A DNA stretch of 60,236 bases, filler included, from Nemertoderma westbladi (lineage: Eukaryota; Animalia; Xenacoelomorpha), in NCBI GenBank assembly GCA_032718475.1. It is 3 parts of 3 records of this genome, joined end to end, with 100 filler letters (N's around TTAATTAATTAA, not from the genome) between each part and the next. Parts side by side here need not be neighbours in the genome. Positions count along the whole stretch, not along the records: positions 25,708 to 48,326 come from JAUCBJ010007998.1; 2 more parts are not named here. One strand, written 5' to 3'. The position numbers and the translations under genes were made by a program. Below the pieces are notes generated by a model. It was not told the DNA's origin. It saw only the letters and a list, made by a program, of their open reading frames with translations, and did not search any database. Shown piece after piece: positions 25,608-37,459 of this stretch (position 1 is its first letter; the number at the start of each line of letters is the position of its first letter).

Positions 25608-25707
25608 NNNNNNNNNNNNNNNNNNNNNNNNNNNNNNNNNNNNNNNNNNNNTTAATTAATTAANNNNNNNNNNNNNNNNNNNNNNNNNNNNNNNNNNNNN
25701 NNNNNNN
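25608..25707. other. Assembly gap with artificial TTAATTAATTAA linker
   Basis: N-run with a central 12-mer giving stops in all six frames. Confidence 0.95.
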
Positions 25708-27015
25708 ATTATAACTGTTACTGTTCGACAGAACAGTATTAAACTGTATTTAATGCTTACACTGCAATACAAAGTAACTGTTACTGTTCGCGCTTTTGAA
25801 GACCTTTAGCAGTTTAACCTGCCAAAATTTATATGTCTTTTAGTTAATTAACACACCTTTAGCATACGACAATATTTTATGCTAATAAACAAAACATTAG
25901 CCGAAGCCAGCCCATGCGCGATCATTCACCCGATGGATCTACACCCGGGAGGCTGAATTCGGATGCTTAGATTTTATTATTGCAGTGTAAGGTTGCAGTG
26001 TAAACCTATTGTATTATTCGATAGATCACTAATATGTAATTTCTGACAGATATTATTAACTTTCGGGAAATATTAACAGTTCCTTTAGGACGTGGCGCTC
26101 TATCTATTTAAACAGAGCTAGGACTTATACTAAACGCAACGATAAGGCTTATGATTAAAGTATAAGTCGCATTCTTTAGGAAATGCTTTGTTACCAGTCA
26201 CATCACACTCACAATCATGCACACTATTCTGCCGACCGTCAGTATATTTGATCACACATAAAGAGAACAGCAATTGACTCAGGTAGTGTCTACTAAATAA
26301 CATTAGATTCAATACACACCACATTGATATAAATCGCAATTGTTATATATAGCCCGCCTCTCTAACCTGTAGTGTATCAAGAAAATTGGGAATTTTGGGT
26401 GATTTATCCGTATTCTCCAAAGAGCAATATTTCCATCAACAAATAGATACAATTAATAACTGACGGTAAATAGCAGTACAAACAATATGATTAGTGCAGT
26501 TAAATTAAGTGAGGTAACACCGCCGGTAACAGTTATACTTTCTATAATCTAAGCAGTTTTACTAGAGTTCTTAGAGCCGGTGTTTCTGGCTTAGACAGCA
26601 ATAACAACAAAGTATCAAGTAAAAACAGTAAGACTGAACACTCTCCTTATGATCGGCCGAAAAGCTACACGTCGACAGGAAAAATCGCTCTGATTGGCTC
26701 AAGCCAAACAAAGAACCATGCATCCAATGGCTGTTTCCATGTCAGCAACCAGCTGTTAGATGTCGTAATATGAATCATCACGGCTAAGCTGTGAAAGGTA
26801 GTTGGTGCATTACAGGCTTTTTGCCTTACCATGTCCGCCAAAACACGTATATAGCAGAATTACTTTTATGTCCGTTAAAACACCTGTAACGGTACCTTGC
26901 GGGCGAGGGGAATATATATACAGTTAGAGAACCTTTTTAGAGTATTCCAGCGCCTGGGGGGAAACTGGATTGCGAAGCAAAAAGGGGCCAGTTATATCCC
27001 ACAGAAGCTTTTACA

Positions 27016-27460
27016 GCTATAGTTTTGTAAAAAACAACTGTTCTAGAACAAATATTTTTTTGTTCTAGAACATTAGAAATTATTTGTTATGTGTAACAAA
27101 TTGTTTTTTTTTTAATAATAGCTAACTCGAAAAATCACTAGCTATCCTGAAAATTAGTAGCTATTAATGTTTATAGATAATTAAACAATTTATTACACAT
27201 AACAAATAATTTCTGGGATAGGCCTAGTTCTTTTTACAGAACACAAGCGAACACACAAGAACACACCCGAACACACTCCAAAAACTGCCGAACACAATCG
27301 AACACAGTCGAAAATAGAAAGAGCACAAAAAATAACACCGGGTACCAACTTTTAGTTAAAATTAGCCACGCGTTGCTTTTCTATAAGAAAATTCCCGAAA
27401 TTATTGAATAAAATTGTCGCGAAATTAAATATTCATTTCTTATCAGGAAGGCCTATCATT
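27016..27460. repeat. Interspersed repeat with an inverted copy at ~32955-33390
   Basis: 27230-27460 (GAACAC-rich; GGTACCAACTTTTA; GCCACGCGTTGCTTTTCTATAAGAAAA) is the reverse complement of 32955-33185; the GTTCTAGAAC blocks are also mirrored. Confidence 0.75.
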
Positions 27461-27561
27461 TGTTGTGTACTGCTGAACTGTATAACCAACTATTAGATTA
27501 TAACCAACTATTATATGTACAGTAGGGAAGCCTACCGGGTACCGTACATGTCTCATATATA

Positions 27562-30500
27562 CACCATGTCATGGAATATAGTGTCGTTATTCAGGTACCT
27601 CACCCCCCCCAAATTTTTCTACAAATCTTAATGAGATGGCATGAAATTTGAAACAGAGTTAGTTTCACCTCCCTCCTCCTTGCTGGGTGAGCCAGAATTT
27701 TTATTTTCGCTTTCATTCTTTAGCTACTACTACTACTAGGTCGAGCGAACTCGGACAGTGGAAATGAGATCCTTCCAGGCTTCCCGATTCTCCATAGTTG
27801 TCGCAATTTCGTTTCTCCCAAGTTCAGTATCCCTTTCAAGTTGATCTATATATGTTATGGCCGGTCGTCCACGACTACGCTTTCCATGAGTTGGTTGCCA
27901 GAGAAGTAGATCTGGTATGACCTCGTCTTTACTTCGCCAGCAGTGCCCACTGAATCTTAATCTGCGTTCACGGAGGGTGGTTGATACCACGGGGTATTGT
28001 ACCATAAAGCTCGGCGTTTGTCATGTGTTGTCTCCAGCTGATGTTTAGGGCTGCCCTTAGTAGTCTTGTGTAGCAACCATCAATTCGTTGTTCAAGTGAT
28101 TTAGTCAGTGTCCAGGTCTCACCCCCGTATAAAAATACACTTTCCACTGTGGCTCGAAAGAACTTGGTCTTCAGGTGCCTGGAGAGATCTGATTTCCAGA
28201 TGGTATCCATTTTTGATAGAGCTACCCAAGCCTTTGCTTTCCTAACTTCTATGTCCTTTTTGCTACTCTCTATCCATGATCCAAGGTACTGGAAGTCATC
28301 GACCTGCCTTAGTTGATTATTATCAATGGTTGCCAAGTTTCCATCAACATTAAAGGTCATGAATTCGGTCTTGGTAGCATTTATATGCAATCCAACCCCC
28401 TTAGCAGCCCTCTCCACTTTATTTAGTAGAAGCTGTGCATCTGCTAGCGTATTAGAGAGTAGGGCGATGTCATCCGCAAAGTCGGTGTCTGTGACTGTAG
28501 TTGCCGGATATCTACTACTTCTGCGTTCTTGAAGTGTTAATCCCAGATCTTCACCCTTTGTGGCCGTCCTCATTGCGTAATCCAGCACAATTACAAATAG
28601 TAATGGTGCTAATGTGTCACCTTGCAGTACGCCAGCCAGGATTGAGAAAAACTCAGTTTCACCATCTGGTGAGAGTACCTGCGCTTCTGTGTCACAATAT
28701 AACAATCCAATGCCAGCAACAATTACTTCTGGTATTCCATAAGCTCTTAGGATTTCAAGCATTTTACCTCTATGGATGGAGTCGAATGCCTTCTTGAAGT
28801 CCACAAAAGTCATGACTGCGGGGAGATTCTTTGACTTGATTCCTTCAATCAGTCTCCGTAGTGCAAGTATCTGAGCTATTGTTGATCTACTTGGTCGAAA
28901 TCCGTTTTGGCTCTTACGCAGTAGTTTCTCTATGTGAGGCCTAATCCTATATAGAATCATTTTATTGTATATTTTGGCAGCTACCACAAGCAGACAGATC
29001 CCACGATAGTTTGTTGGTATGCCGAGGTCTCCTTTCTTGGGGAGAGGCTTTAGTTGACCTTTAGTCCAAATTGGTGGTGGCTTTTCCCCTTTTAACATCC
29101 GGTTGCAAACATTCAATAATGGTCTATTTAGCACTCCGGTTTTCCATACCTCCGCTGGGATTTCATCTAATCCACTCGCTTTATTATTGGACATGCTTTT
29201 AATGCTTCTTTGGAGTTCGGCAGGTGTGAAGTCCCCTGTTTCTATAGGTAGTGTCTTGTCATATATTTTCCTTGTAGGGCTGACCTCGATGTTTGGTGGC
29301 TGCCCAAGCAAGTTGCTGAAGTGATTTTTCCACTTCCCAACACGTTCTTCAGGACTATCGGCTTTGAGGCGCCCCTTTGCACAACTTTTCCGACCAGATA
29401 CCTCATTTACAGTTTGCCAGGTAAGTCTTGATTGTTGCTGTATGTGAGCAGTTGTAATTGCTTCAGTTTTATCGGGATGTACTTTTCCTGGCTGATGGTG
29501 TAGGCCAATTTAAGATCGTCCTTAGCTTTCTCAACCTTGTTAATGTTTTCGGTTGTTGGTTGTTCGGTTTTAACTTTGTAGGCTATCTTAAGATCTTCTC
29601 TATTACAAGTAACCTCAGAGTTTTGCCATGGCACATACTGTTTTCGTTTAGGTTTCTGGGGGATATGCCTCTTAGCTGATTCCTTGTGGGCTGTTATTAT
29701 ATTCTGGTATATTGAATCGGTGGATTGGTCTTCATCCATTGACTGAAGTGCTTCAAAGCGGTTTTGAACTTCTACTGTATAAGCATCCTTTACAGCATTG
29801 TCAGTTCTGAGTTTCTCCCAGTCATAGTTGATTTGCTTGCTTGTCCTGGGTTTGCTGGCTCTCAAACTGAGTCTGATCTCTGCAGTCACAATTCTGTGGT
29901 CCGAACCAATTAGGTTGAACGAGCTGTATGCCTCGCAGTTGATCATGCTATTTCTCCACTTTTTGTTTATAAGGATGTAATCCAGTTGTGCTTTGGTTCC
30001 ATTAGGGTATTGAAAGGTCCTTACTCTTTTCGAATGTGTTGTTTGTTGGTATCAATTCACATTCTTCCATTAGGTCTAAGAGTAAGTACCCATTTCTGTT
30101 AGAACTGGTGTTATAGGTGTAACCCTTGATGTCTTCTGGGCCAATTTGCGCATTCAGGTCACCAGCAATGACTTTAACATTGTGTTTCGGGATGTCCTTA
30201 ATAAGTCCAGTCAGTTCTTCATAAAAATTGACTGCTTGTTCTGGCTCTGATGCATTGGTTGGACTGTAGCAACATATAACTGTTGTCTTGGGATTCCCAT
30301 CAAATGTTGCGATCATAACCCTGGAATTTATAGATTCGATGTTGTTTAGGGTCTTAAGTGCAAATGGGCTTAGCAGAATTCCTACTCCACCAATTGATGC
30401 ATTGGCCGAGTTTCTTACTGCTGAGCTTGTTACTAACGTCCATCCATTTCCAATGTGATTGTACTTCATGGCAGTGTCTTCATGACAAATCCGATGTTCT

Positions 30501-31962
30501 TGGATGCAGAGGATGTCGATGTTATATTCCATTGCCAGAGCGACCATGTCACCCTGTTTGCTCTGTGCTTTCAGCGTGCGTGCGTTCATTGTAGCAATCT
30601 TTAGTGTCTTTTTACATTTCAACAGGTTGGTTCTTCTTTCTTCTCTGTCTTCTGTTCCAGTAGCCAATTTATCGACCCCAGCCTGGTGTACCACTGAGGG
30701 ACGCGGTCCTTGTTGACCCGGGCGACGACCGAGCCGGTATTTCTCCTGGAGGGTTCTCATACTCATATCTTTCAGTTGCGGGGGTAAACCGCTTGTGGTC
30801 GCAACTCCTACAAGCGTCTTCGCAGTAGGTCGCCGTTGGTTGATTACCTTCCGCCGACCTTGTCAGCATGTCTAGCCGTTGGTTGATTATCTTCCGCCTA
30901 TCCATGGCCTACAGCCCTGCTGCCGACTGTAGGGGTCCATTTGTTACACCCTGAACCAAGTGTGCCTCCTGGGTTAGGTTACCTAACACTGGTAGAGGAG
31001 CATCCAGTATAGACAGGGCGGGGCTTGTATCATCTCTAATGCAGATGCGTATCAAGCCTTTGCCTTCAATGGTGCCCTAGGCGCTATAGCCCTCAGTGAC
31101 TTATTTAGTTGACGGGGCTGAACCAACCCACTCTTGATCAACTAAATAATGAATAGGCTATGCTTATCGGGCCTACCCTACTGGGCTGACAGCTACAGGT
31201 AGTACCACATTACTGCCATAGTGGTAGCAGGTGAAAATAGTGTCTCCGGCGAAATTGCACCAGTTACACCACAGTTATGTTTCAACCTTATTATGATTTG
31301 TTAGTACTAATTTAAAGCTAGTCGTGCAAGGATTCCAAAAATGTAAAAACATTTTAATTTGGTAGAGAAATAGCCGTGATATGGGCATTCGAAAGTTGCA
31401 TGTATTTGCTTCCCCTGCACGCCATTTATTCTATTTAATAAATAAATAATATTCTGGAACATTTTGTTTATCCCATACGTAGCTGGGCAACAATGCAATG
31501 CTTCTTTAAACATACTATTATGTAGCTATTCATACATAAACAAAATGTTCTAGAATATAGTGTTTTTATTTAATAGAATAAAACAGCCTCCGCAGGTGCA
31601 AAACCATGAAACCTTTGAACGCTCATATCTCAGCTATTTCACAACCAAATTCAAATATTTTTACATTTTTCTAATCCTTGCATGGTTAGCTTTCTATTTC
31701 TACCAACAAATCGCGATAAGGTTCATGAATAACTACAGTGTAACTGGTGAAATATCACTGGAGACACCTTTTTCAAACGCTTGTAGCTAAAGATTGAAAG
31801 CAAAAATAAAAATTCTGGCTCTCCCAGTCAGTGGTCGGGAGGTGAAACTATCTCTGTTTCAAATTTCATACAATCGCATTAAGACTTGTAGAAAAAAAAT
31901 TTTTTTTTGGGGGGGGGGGGTCCATGTACCAGAATAACGACACTATATTCCAGGACATGGTG
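27562..31962. mobile_element. Palindromic non-autonomous DNA transposon (CACCATG termini, TA flanks) hosting an RTE LINE
   Basis: TA|CACCATGTCATGGAATATAGTGTCGTTATTC ... GAATAACGACACTATATTCCAGGACATGGTG|TA; the long arms are inverted copies of each other. Confidence 0.8.
27727..31225 (-). mobile_element. Near full-length RTE-clade LINE (APE + RT), frameshifted
   Basis: APE: IATMNARTL, LCIQEHR, YSPTN, AGDLNA, SDH. RT: NYRGICL, QNGFR, FVDFKKAFDS, GVLQGDTLAP, DFADD, YLGS. C-terminal RLRFSGHCWR, RGRP; the stop codon runs into a (TAG)n tail. The 5' boundary is approximate. Confidence 0.92.
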
Positions 31963-31964
31963 TA

Positions 31965-32796
31965 CACCATGCTCCAGAATAGTGTCGTAATTCAGTGACA
32001 CACCCCCCCCCCCCCCTCCCCCCCACCCTAATTGTTCTATAAATCTTAATGAGATTGCATGAAATTTGAAACAGAGATAGTTTCACCTCCCGACCACTGA
32101 CTGGGTGAGCCAGAATTTTTTTTTTGGCTTTTAATCTTTAGCTACCAATGGAAAGCTGGTCATGCAAGGATTCCAAATATGTAACACAATTTGAATTTCG
32201 TTGACAAATAGTTCAGATATGAGCGTTCAAATCTTGCATGGTTTTGCACTGGCGCGAGGTTATTTTATTCTATTTAATAAATAAACCATATTCCGGAACA
32301 CTTTTTAAATGTATGAATAGCTACGTAATAGTATGATTAAAGATGTAATGCATTGTTGCCCAGCTACGTATTTGGATAAACAAAATATTCCAGATTATGA
32401 TGCATTTATTAAATAGAATAGAATAGCCTCGCGCAGGTGCAAAACCATGCAACATTTGAACGCCCATATCTCAGCAATTTTTCAACGAAATTCAAATTGT
32501 GTTACATATTTGGAATCCTTGCAGGGCCAGATTTCCATTGGTACCAACAAACAGCTACAAGGTAGAAGAATAACTGTGGTGTAACTGGTGTAATATGGCT
32601 GGAGACTCTTTTTTTAAACGCTTGTAGCTAAAGATTAAAAGCCAAAATAAAAATTCTGGCTCACCCAGTCAGTGGTCGGGAGGTGAAGCTATCTCTGTCT
32701 CAAATTTAAAGCAATCTCATTAAGATTTGTAGAAAAATTAGGGGGGGGGGGGGGGGGGTGGCGACGAGTGTCACTGAATTACGACACTATATACTG
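31965..32796. mobile_element. Second copy of the CACCATG palindromic element, sharing the TA at 31963-64 with the first
   Basis: CACCATGCTCCAGAATAGTGTCGTAATTCAGTGACAC ... GTGTCACTGAATTACGACACTATA; the right terminus is truncated. Confidence 0.78.
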
Positions 32797-33474
32797 GTAA
32801 AGAAAGTGAAGTGATGAAGAAAGAGAGTGGTACGATAAGAAACTATTGGGGAAAAGAAGCTACCCTGTCAGGTACCGGTAGGGATCTCTGTCCCGGTGGT
32901 AACCACACCTAACTTAGGCCTACTACTGTTATATTATTAGTTGTACAGTAGGCTTAGGATAGGCCTGATCTGATAAAAAATTTAATTTAATTTCGCGACA
33001 ATTTTATTCAATAATTTCGGGGATTTTCTTATAGAAAAGCAACGCGTGGTTAATTTTAGATAAAAGTTGGTACCCGGTGATATTCTTTGTGCTCTTTCTA
33101 TTTTCGACTGTGTTCGATTTGTGTTCGGCAGTTTTTGGAGTGTGTTCGGGTATGTTCTACTGCGTTCGCTTGTGTTCTGTAAAATTCTGAATTTTTTTTT
33201 AATGATAGCTAAACTTGGAAAATCACTAGCTAGCCTGATAATTTGTATTTTTAAATGTTTATAGATAAATAAACTATTTATTACACATAATAACTAATTT
33301 TTGATGAATTTTTGTCTTTTTTTAAATGTTCTAGAACAAAAAAGATTTGTTCTAGAACACAATTTTTTTTACCTAACAATAGCTACCATGAAATAGAATA
33401 GTTCTAAAAAAAGTAGCAAAATCTAGCTATAGTAAAAAATTATGGTCATGGGTACACATACTGTAGTAGTGCCG

Positions 33475-33858
33475 ATCTAAGTCCGCGTCTAGGAGCTAAG
33501 TTCGCGTCTAGGATCTAAGTTCGTGTCTAGGATCTAAGTCCGCGTCTAGGAGCTAAGTTCGCGTCTAGGATCTAAGTTCGTGTCTAGGATCTAAGTCCGC
33601 GTCTAGGAGCTAAGTTCGCGTCTAGGATCTAAGTTCGTGTCTAGGATCTAAGTTCGTGTCTAGGATCTAAGTTCGCGTCTAGTTTAGGTTGGACCTATGG
33701 ATCGCACCAAGGATCTAAGTTCGCATCTAGGATCTATATTTGCACTATTAAATCGCACCCAGGATCTAAGTTCGCGTCTAGGGTCTAAGTTAGCGTCAAG
33801 GATCTATTGTCGCACCACTAAATCACACCAAGGATCTAAGTTCGCGTTTAGGATCTAA
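33475..33858. repeat. 18-19-bp tandem repeat
   Basis: GGATCTAAGTTCG(C/T)GTCTA units, decaying 3'-ward. Confidence 0.9.
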
Positions 33859-34472
33859 GGTCGCACCCCTGGTCCCCACGCGAGATCTCAGTTCCAAGGT
33901 CGAACCCCTGGTCCCCACTCGAGATCTCAGTTCCAAGGTCGCACCCCTGTTCCCCACTCGAGATCTCAGTTCCAAGGTCGCACCCCTGGTCCCCACTCGA
34001 GATCTCAGTTCCAAGGTCGCACCCCTGGTCCCCACTCGAGATCTCAGTTCCAAGGTCGCACCCCTGGTCCCCACTCGAGATCTCAGTTCCAAGGTCGCAC
34101 CCCTGGTCCCCACTCGAGATCTCAGTTCCAAGGTCGCACCCCTGGTCCCCACTCGAGATCTCAGTTCCAAGGTCGCACCCCTGGTCCCCACTCGAGATCT
34201 CAGTTCCAAGGTCGCACCCCTGGTCCCCACTCGAGATCTCAGTTCCAAGGTCGCACCCCTGGTCCCCACTCGAGATCTCAGTTCCAAGGTCGCACCCCTG
34301 GTCCCCACTCGAGATCTCAGTTCCAAGGTCGCACCCCTGGTCCCCACTCGAGATCTCAGTTCCAAGGTCGCACCCCTGGTCCCCACTCGAGATCTCAGTT
34401 CCAAGGTCGCACCCCTGGTCCCCACTCGAGATCTCAGTTCCAAGGTCGCACCCCTGTTCCCCACTCGAGATC
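33858..34472. repeat. 39-bp near-perfect tandem repeat, ~16 copies
   Basis: AGGTCGCACCCCTGGTCCCCACTCGAGATCTCAGTTCCA. Confidence 0.95.
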
Positions 34473-34648
34473 TAATTTCCCCCTCAAATCGAATATTATT
34501 GGTTTTCACAGCTAGTTTCAGGTCGTTTCAGGTCGTATCAGTGTATATATTTACGTATTGCTTGGTTATTATTTGGTATTTTTAAATGTTCTATTAAACA
34601 TAAACATGTGGGACACTTGTAATTCCATTGTTGTTGGATTGACATCAA

Positions 34649-37459
34649 TCACTTATCATCATCTAAAGTGTCAAAGGTTATTAAATTCTGAACTTTCTCA
34701 ATTAGTGTATTCGTGAAAGTTTTCTTTTGTTCGAAATACGAATTACAAGTAGCGAAGGAATCGGTAATTTCGGTGACACAACTTTCAAATTCAGTTTCAG
34801 AGTTACTGATGAACATGTCCCCATCATCATCGTCTTTCGGCCCATCAGCAGTAGGAAGTTTTGACAGCTGTTTCAACTTCCTTTCAACTAAAATAAATTT
34901 CAACTTTTCAACATCAGCGTCGTCAATAATACCTTCGCCTTCTAAATTACTTACAATTTCTTTGTGATCATTTATCAAAGATCGAATAACGAGTTTGCTT
35001 TTCAAGGCACGCAGTATATTTTTGTATTCATTCTCTAGTTCAATCATGTAAGCACTTAGTATTTCCTGTGTGTCTTTGCTTTGAGAGAGTATCCAAGTCT
35101 GTAGTTTCTTTTTGTCAGTAATGTTGGGGATAACACTTATGGTAGTAGCCTCGGCTTGCAGCTGACTCGACGCCATTGAATAGCCTTGCGCTACGTAATG
35201 GTTAATTTTACCTTCTGTGTGCAGCTGGGTAGCTAAGAGCAACAGCCGTAGAGCGCGTATAGGTCGTATAAATCTCAAATACTTTACAAATCTCAATATC
35301 TTTGCAAACAAAGTCTTAGGCACGTAGGCAACGTCGTTATCGTCGCCTATTAATACCAGTATTAATTCTACTACACCCCAAATAGCAAGCGTGAAATCTA
35401 TTATGTTCCATAGGTATGTAAAATAATGCCGTCTTTGTCCTATTATTTTAATTATTGTTTCAAAACCATACAAACTCATGAAAAAATAATTGGCGACTCT
35501 ATTGATATCACGCAAGTTCTTGTCATCAACTGAAAATTCAATAATGGTTGGGATGAGATTAAAAGACACAATAATATCCATTAAATATTCAAATTTGTCA
35601 CTTATAGAAAGTCGGTAAATGCAATAATGAATTCTTTGTGACTTTTTCGGCCCAGGTATCCGCTTTCTTATTAATTTTCCTGTTGAACTCAGGAGGTATT
35701 TGTTGATGCGTTTATAATATTCTGGAATCTTGTTATATTCAATAATTTCGTTGGGATTAATGAAAGTTTTCCTATCCGAGGCGTTGCGATTCAGCTCGCA
35801 TAGGAAATTGCAAGCACTGATGCTGAGCTCACCAGACACCAGCTGACGACAGAAGGACTTCCTTTGAACCACATGTACTCTGCTCTGTATATCATGTTCC
35901 AACTCCCGGCCCGGTGCCCTACTGTCCGAATATTCGCCGCTGCGATCACTTCTCCTACTTCGATATTTCCTATAAGTTTCATATGGATTATCAACTGTGG
36001 CGAAATCAACAACAGTTCTCCAGTTGCAACTAGCATAATAAGAATTATTTCGCATTTCCAAAAACTTTTCCGAGACTACGCGTTTAACTGCGGTCAAGGC
36101 GTTTGCCATTGCCGAAAGTTTCGCCCCACTGAATGTCCGCCTAACCAAAGATCGCAATGTTAACTGGCTGGCCACACCGTTAAAACATAGATTTAACACA
36201 ACTAATCCACATGCATGGAACATTATTTTTTCCCCAATATCTTTTTTGTAATTTTTTATTGTTTTTGAAATTGTTGCTTCTTTTGCAAGGAGGGCCAACG
36301 ATATTCCCATTATACCTCTTAATCCACCAATTCCTAGCAAAATTACATGATTTAAGGAGATTAAAGTTGTAAAGCCAAGCTTTTGAAACAAAAAGTGGAG
36401 CAGAACGATGACTAACATGCGTATAAGGTTGAGGACGATATAGAAAAATAATAAATTAATCCAATCTTGTCCATCAACTTCGACCCAACCTTGTTCAACG
36501 ATTACCATACCAGCTATAAAAAAAACTATTGTATATGAGAAGTAACATGTTACTTCTGCAAACTCGAACAAAGGTGATTTCACGCTCGCTGAAATACATG
36601 AAATATTATCAGTAATTACGAGGCAAAATACTATTGTGGTAAGGATACCAGATATATGAAATATACGATCGCTGATGTAAAATGTTATATAGGTGGACAT
36701 AAATATGGACATAATTTCGGTAATACCATCGTTGTATAAGTATGAAACACATAATACAGTGAGTTTTGCCATGGCGTACCCGAAAAGTGGACCAAGAATA
36801 AGCCCTTTAGCGAGAATCCAAAACACACCAAGTGCTACATAGCCATAACTGGCAATTAGCGCTGGATCTTCTGCGTAGCTCTTGAATAAACTAAAGAAGA
36901 TGACAGCTAGACCATTGTTGAATAACGACTCCCCTTTAGCAGTGGCAATCAAATCAGGAGACACTTGGCTATCTTTGAATAGTGCGACGCCGGCCATCGC
37001 ATCTGTGGTACTCATTATGGAACCAAACATTAGGCAAATCGGCGCTGTCCAACTCCCCCCATACAAGATGAGACCCATAAAAGAGATTATCATTGTTATA
37101 AAAATCTGATCAAACGAAGTTATCACTAATATCTGATTGAGGGATCGTCTAAACGAATGCATTTTCATATTCAGCGATGCATCAAGAATAACGACGGGCA
37201 TGAATAATAATTGGATTCGCTTTGGTGTAATTTGGGAAATCCTTGAAAATTGATAATTTGCGTCCTTTAACTCTGTAATATTTTGCAAAAGCATTTTTGT
37301 ACAAATTCCTAGCAATAACATGATAATGTTGTATGGGAGTTTGAAGCGTTTACATAGGGATCGTACCATGATACCTAGCATCAAAATGGCTGATGTTATT
37401 CCCACCACATGAGTGGTTGAACTATGGAAAGATTTGCCCGTAGTCCCTTCGGTCGACAT
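34649..37459 (-). CDS. SLC9C-type (sperm sNHE-like) Na+/H+ exchanger paralogue A, intronless, 936 aa; CPA1 domain + voltage-sensor domain, no CNBD
   Basis: Multi-TM N-terminus with FGSIMSTTD, GESLFNNG, GGLRG; VSD with ETIIKIIGQRRHYFTYLWNIID and S4 KILRFVKYLRFIRPIRALR; ends in an acidic tail. Confidence 0.85.
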   Translation of the reverse strand: MSTEGTTGKSFHSSTTHVVGITSAILMLGIMVRSLCKRFKLPYNIIMLLLGICTKMLLQNITELKDANYQFSRISQITPKRIQLLFMPVVILDASLNMKMHSFRRSLNQILVITSFDQIFITMIISFMGLILYGGSWTAPICLMFGSIMSTTDAMAGVALFKDSQVSPDLIATAKGESLFNNGLAVIFFSLFKSYAEDPALIASYGYVALGVFWILAKGLILGPLFGYAMAKLTVLCVSYLYNDGITEIMSIFMSTYITFYISDRIFHISGILTTIVFCLVITDNISCISASVKSPLFEFAEVTCYFSYTIVFFIAGMVIVEQGWVEVDGQDWINLLFFYIVLNLIRMLVIVLLHFLFQKLGFTTLISLNHVILLGIGGLRGIMGISLALLAKEATISKTIKNYKKDIGEKIMFHACGLVVLNLCFNGVASQLTLRSLVRRTFSGAKLSAMANALTAVKRVVSEKFLEMRNNSYYASCNWRTVVDFATVDNPYETYRKYRSRRSDRSGEYSDSRAPGRELEHDIQSRVHVVQRKSFCRQLVSGELSISACNFLCELNRNASDRKTFINPNEIIEYNKIPEYYKRINKYLLSSTGKLIRKRIPGPKKSQRIHYCIYRLSISDKFEYLMDIIVSFNLIPTIIEFSVDDKNLRDINRVANYFFMSLYGFETIIKIIGQRRHYFTYLWNIIDFTLAIWGVVELILVLIGDDNDVAYVPKTLFAKILRFVKYLRFIRPIRALRLLLLATQLHTEGKINHYVAQGYSMASSQLQAEATTISVIPNITDKKKLQTWILSQSKDTQEILSAYMIELENEYKNILRALKSKLVIRSLINDHKEIVSNLEGEGIIDDADVEKLKFILVERKLKQLSKLPTADGPKDDDDGDMFISNSETEFESCVTEITDSFATCNSYFEQKKTFTNTLIEKVQNLITFDTLDDDK

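Larger units (their letters stand above)
21782..27015 (-). mobile_element. LTR-like element: ~1.2-kb direct repeats (21782-23003 and 25785-27015) around a zinc-knuckle ORF region; contains an assembly gap
   Basis: The two copies align throughout with scattered differences and read TGTAAAAGC...GCGCGAACA on the - strand. A purine-rich GGGAGCGG lies immediately before the downstream copy (PPT-like). No PBS or TSD found; no pol visible. Confidence 0.6.

Noticed and set aside
25651-25662. TTAATTAATTAA motif inside the N-runs (also 48371-48382)
   Set aside because: Scaffolding linker, not biological sequence.
30940-31230. HDV-like or twister ribozyme in the RTE 5' UTR
   Set aside because: Such ribozymes are known in RTE elements and local hairpins exist, but I could not assemble the nested pseudoknot by eye; needs an RNArobo/Infernal search.
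33858-34472. CRISPR-like array (also considered for 5401-5780 and 17669-20495)
   Set aside because: Units are contiguous with no unique spacers, there are no cas genes, and the context is eukaryotic.
33823-34509. 228-aa ORF of (LELRSRVGTRGAT)n
   Set aside because: By-product of a stop-free 39-bp tandem repeat; non-ATG start and no unique domain.
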